DNA of 64,000 bases, from NCBI GenBank assembly GCA_965243205.1, contig CBDEUK010000002.1:2208001-2272000 (forward strand), written 5' to 3'. This document shows positions 62,172 to 64,000 of the stretch, piece after piece. The notes under the pieces are model-generated. The model saw only the letters and a list, made by a program, of their open reading frames with translations. It was not told the origin of the DNA and ran no database searches. The number at the start of each line of letters is the position of its first letter. Positions within the stretch are counted from its first letter, which is position 1. This stretch comes from Gammaproteobacteria bacterium (GTDB lineage Bacteria; Pseudomonadota; Gammaproteobacteria; Eutrophobiales; Eutrophobiaceae). The position numbers were made by a program, and so were the translations under genes.

Positions 62172-62867
62172 ATGTATAAGTCATTGATTTTACAGTCAGC
62201 TGTACTCACAGCTGCATTTGCCTTTAGTGCTTCAAGCTACGCAGCAACTGCATTCGAAGACCCATCAACAGCATCTTGGGGTGGTTGGACACGTGGTGAT
62301 ATAGGCACTGTCTATGCTCGTTGGGATGTGTTTGAGGGTGGTGGTTCATTTTCTAGCGACCATACACCAGATGTCGGTAATTTAGGTGCTGCTGTTTCAG
62401 GGTTAGTTGCAAATAATAGTGGCGCATTAGTTACTGGTACGAATAATATTTATTCGTTTTCTGATACTCCAGATTTCACATCGTATGTTCAACCAACCGT
62501 TCCATTATCAGGCCCAGTGACAGCTGCATTACAGATTTCTGTTACTGGTGTTGATGTTGATCAGTCGTCTGTAACAGCCATGGTTGGTGGTAGCCCAACT
62601 GCATATGATAGTGTAACCACTTTATTTTCTGGACAAGTAGATTCGAGTTTTGGAACTGTAGATGCTTGGGAATATTTATTTGTTTGGACTTTACCTAATC
62701 CAGAATCATTTTATCAGTTTGATTGGAATGCATTAGCTGTTCATTCATCTTTAACTGAAGTGTCCATTGATATAGGCCCTGCAGCTACAGCGGTTCCTAT
62801 TCCAGGAGCTGCTTTGCTATTTGGTTCAGCTTTGATGGGTATGGTCGGTGTCCGTAGAAGAAATTAA
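62172..62867 (+). CDS. VPLPA/PEP-CTERM-like sorting-domain surface protein
   Basis: Signal peptide ending in SSYA; C-terminal VPIPGAALLFGSALMGMVGVRRRN. Confidence 0.88.
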   Translation: MYKSLILQSAVLTAAFAFSASSYAATAFEDPSTASWGGWTRGDIGTVYARWDVFEGGGSFSSDHTPDVGNLGAAVSGLVANNSGALVTGTNNIYSFSDTPDFTSYVQPTVPLSGPVTAALQISVTGVDVDQSSVTAMVGGSPTAYDSVTTLFSGQVDSSFGTVDAWEYLFVWTLPNPESFYQFDWNALAVHSSLTEVSIDIGPAATAVPIPGAALLFGSALMGMVGVRRRN

Positions 62868-62889
62868 TTGAATAGATTATTCTGTTAAT

Positions 62890-62923
62890 ATAAAAAACCC
62901 GTATTTAGTTACGGGTTTTTTAT
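62890..62923. terminator. Bidirectional rho-independent terminator
   Basis: ATAAAAAACCCGTA-TTTAGT-TACGGGTTTTTTAT between convergent genes. Confidence 0.85.
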
Positions 62924-64000
62924 TAGAAGTTATATTCCAAAGACAGTCTTAGTCCTCGGCCTGCTGCAGGCACTCCAGTCACTCCACCAAAACCCATTGT
63001 TGAATATTGTTTATTTGTAATATTGTCGAAGGTTAACCCTAAGAATAAATTATCATTAGGATACCAATTAAAAAATAAACCATGTGTCGTGTAACCTCCT
63101 TCCCGAACTTTGGTGATACAACTGGGTATTGAAAAAAATCCAGCTCCTGCACAACCTGGAATCGATGTATTATTTTCACCTGCCGCAATTCGAGTTCCAT
63201 TGATGCGTAGACGATAACCAAATTCCATAAAGTGAAGAGGAATTTTTTTCCCCAAGCTTAAACTTAGGCTATCACCAGGAACGTTAAATAATTCTGATTC
63301 ACCCTGGTCTTCAACTCCTATAGCTTGCACACTTGGATTAGAATTATTTTCGAAATAGTTGAAAGAAACATGACCGTCAAGCAATGAAATAGCTAATGCA
63401 CTAAACCAAGTATCACTGTCATAATTTAATTCGTATTCCCAGCCATATCTTTCTTCTATTCCTGGTTGGCTTATTTCACCAGTTACACTGTTTTGATAGA
63501 TCGATTCGATTAAGTTTTCAGTATTAATAAAAAAGAAAGTCATCTTGGTACGTAGCGAATCAGATTTTGAAAACAGATTTTGTTTTTCGAAAGATAAACC
63601 AATTTCATGAGTATAGGTTTTTTCTGGTTCATAAAAATCACCACAAGATGCACGAGTATCTCTAAAAGGATTTGCTTCCCATGCAATAAGATCTAAAGGA
63701 GTTGCTGGAGGAATTACGGGTCTAGGTACAAAGGTGGAAAAAGTTCGGCAGCGGCTGGTTGCGCCTAGCGTGTAATATTCATCAATCAATGGCGCTCTAA
63801 ATGAGGTGCCAAAATTATAAAATAATAGTAACGGCCCGCCGTTTGGTTTAAAGCTTAAGCCCGTACCAAAATTAAACATGTCGAAACCGTTTTTCTTAGA
63901 ACGGTTTTGTAATTCCAATGCTTCTTCAGTAGCACCACCAGCTGAAACGGAATAATCATCATAACGTACCCCACCATTCCAACTCCAATTATTCCAACTC
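62923..64000 (-). CDS. TonB-dependent receptor, C-terminal part (heme/hemoglobin-receptor-like); 5' end outside the window
   Basis: Frame is open to the window edge (..WSWNGGVRYDDY..); SFRAP, EPEK..T.EIG, DNITNKQY, GRG.RLSLEYNF with terminal Phe. Confidence 0.85.
   Translation of the reverse strand, partial: SWNNWSWNGGVRYDDYSVSAGGATEEALELQNRSKKNGFDMFNFGTGLSFKPNGGPLLLFYNFGTSFRAPLIDEYYTLGATSRCRTFSTFVPRPVIPPATPLDLIAWEANPFRDTRASCGDFYEPEKTYTHEIGLSFEKQNLFSKSDSLRTKMTFFFINTENLIESIYQNSVTGEISQPGIEERYGWEYELNYDSDTWFSALAISLLDGHVSFNYFENNSNPSVQAIGVEDQGESELFNVPGDSLSLSLGKKIPLHFMEFGYRLRINGTRIAAGENNTSIPGCAGAGFFSIPSCITKVREGGYTTHGLFFNWYPNDNLFLGLTFDNITNKQYSTMGFGGVTGVPAAGRGLRLSLEYNF

Overview
AT-rich gammaproteobacterial chromosome segment; the taxon is inferred from xseA-guaBA-tadA and recA-recX-alaS-lysC-csrA-tRNA synteny. 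Blocks: (1) 1-22.4 kb, an exosortase/PEP-CTERM-associated exopolysaccharide locus (asnB-like amidotransferase, glycosyltransferases, Wza/chain-length determinant/autokinase/OM barrel/ATPase, two deacetylases, FemAB-like and GNAT proteins, flippase, exosortase). (2) 22.4-30.6 kb, housekeeping genes. (3) 30.6-40.6 kb, an accessory block between pncC and recA with a VPLPA-CTERM protein, a sigma54-driven cyanate ABC transporter/cyanase operon, spmAB, doxX and a BrxR/CapW-type WYL regulator divergent from recA. (4) recA to csrA, then tRNA-Ser(GCT) and tRNA-Arg(ACG). (5) 47.5-52.9 kb, miscellaneous genes. (6) 52.9-64 kb, a metal/tetrapyrrole acquisition cluster with two TonB-dependent receptors, a BlaI/M56 pair, an exported His-rich CobN-like protein with DUF2149 and ExbB-like partners, Fur-like boxes and a second VPxP-CTERM protein. 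The most striking observations are: each tRNA is preceded by a copy of its own 5' third, with the D-loop interrupted by AGGA-looped hairpins (CsrA-site-like) and ending in a GAA-triloop hairpin, directly downstream of csrA; a FemAB protein carries an N-terminal SerRS-like tRNA-binding arm; a defence-type WYL regulator faces a recA promoter that has no canonical SOS box; and an HmuSTUV/PA1922-25-like module is paired with a sortable surface protein. All family assignments come from motif recognition by eye; no database searches were run.
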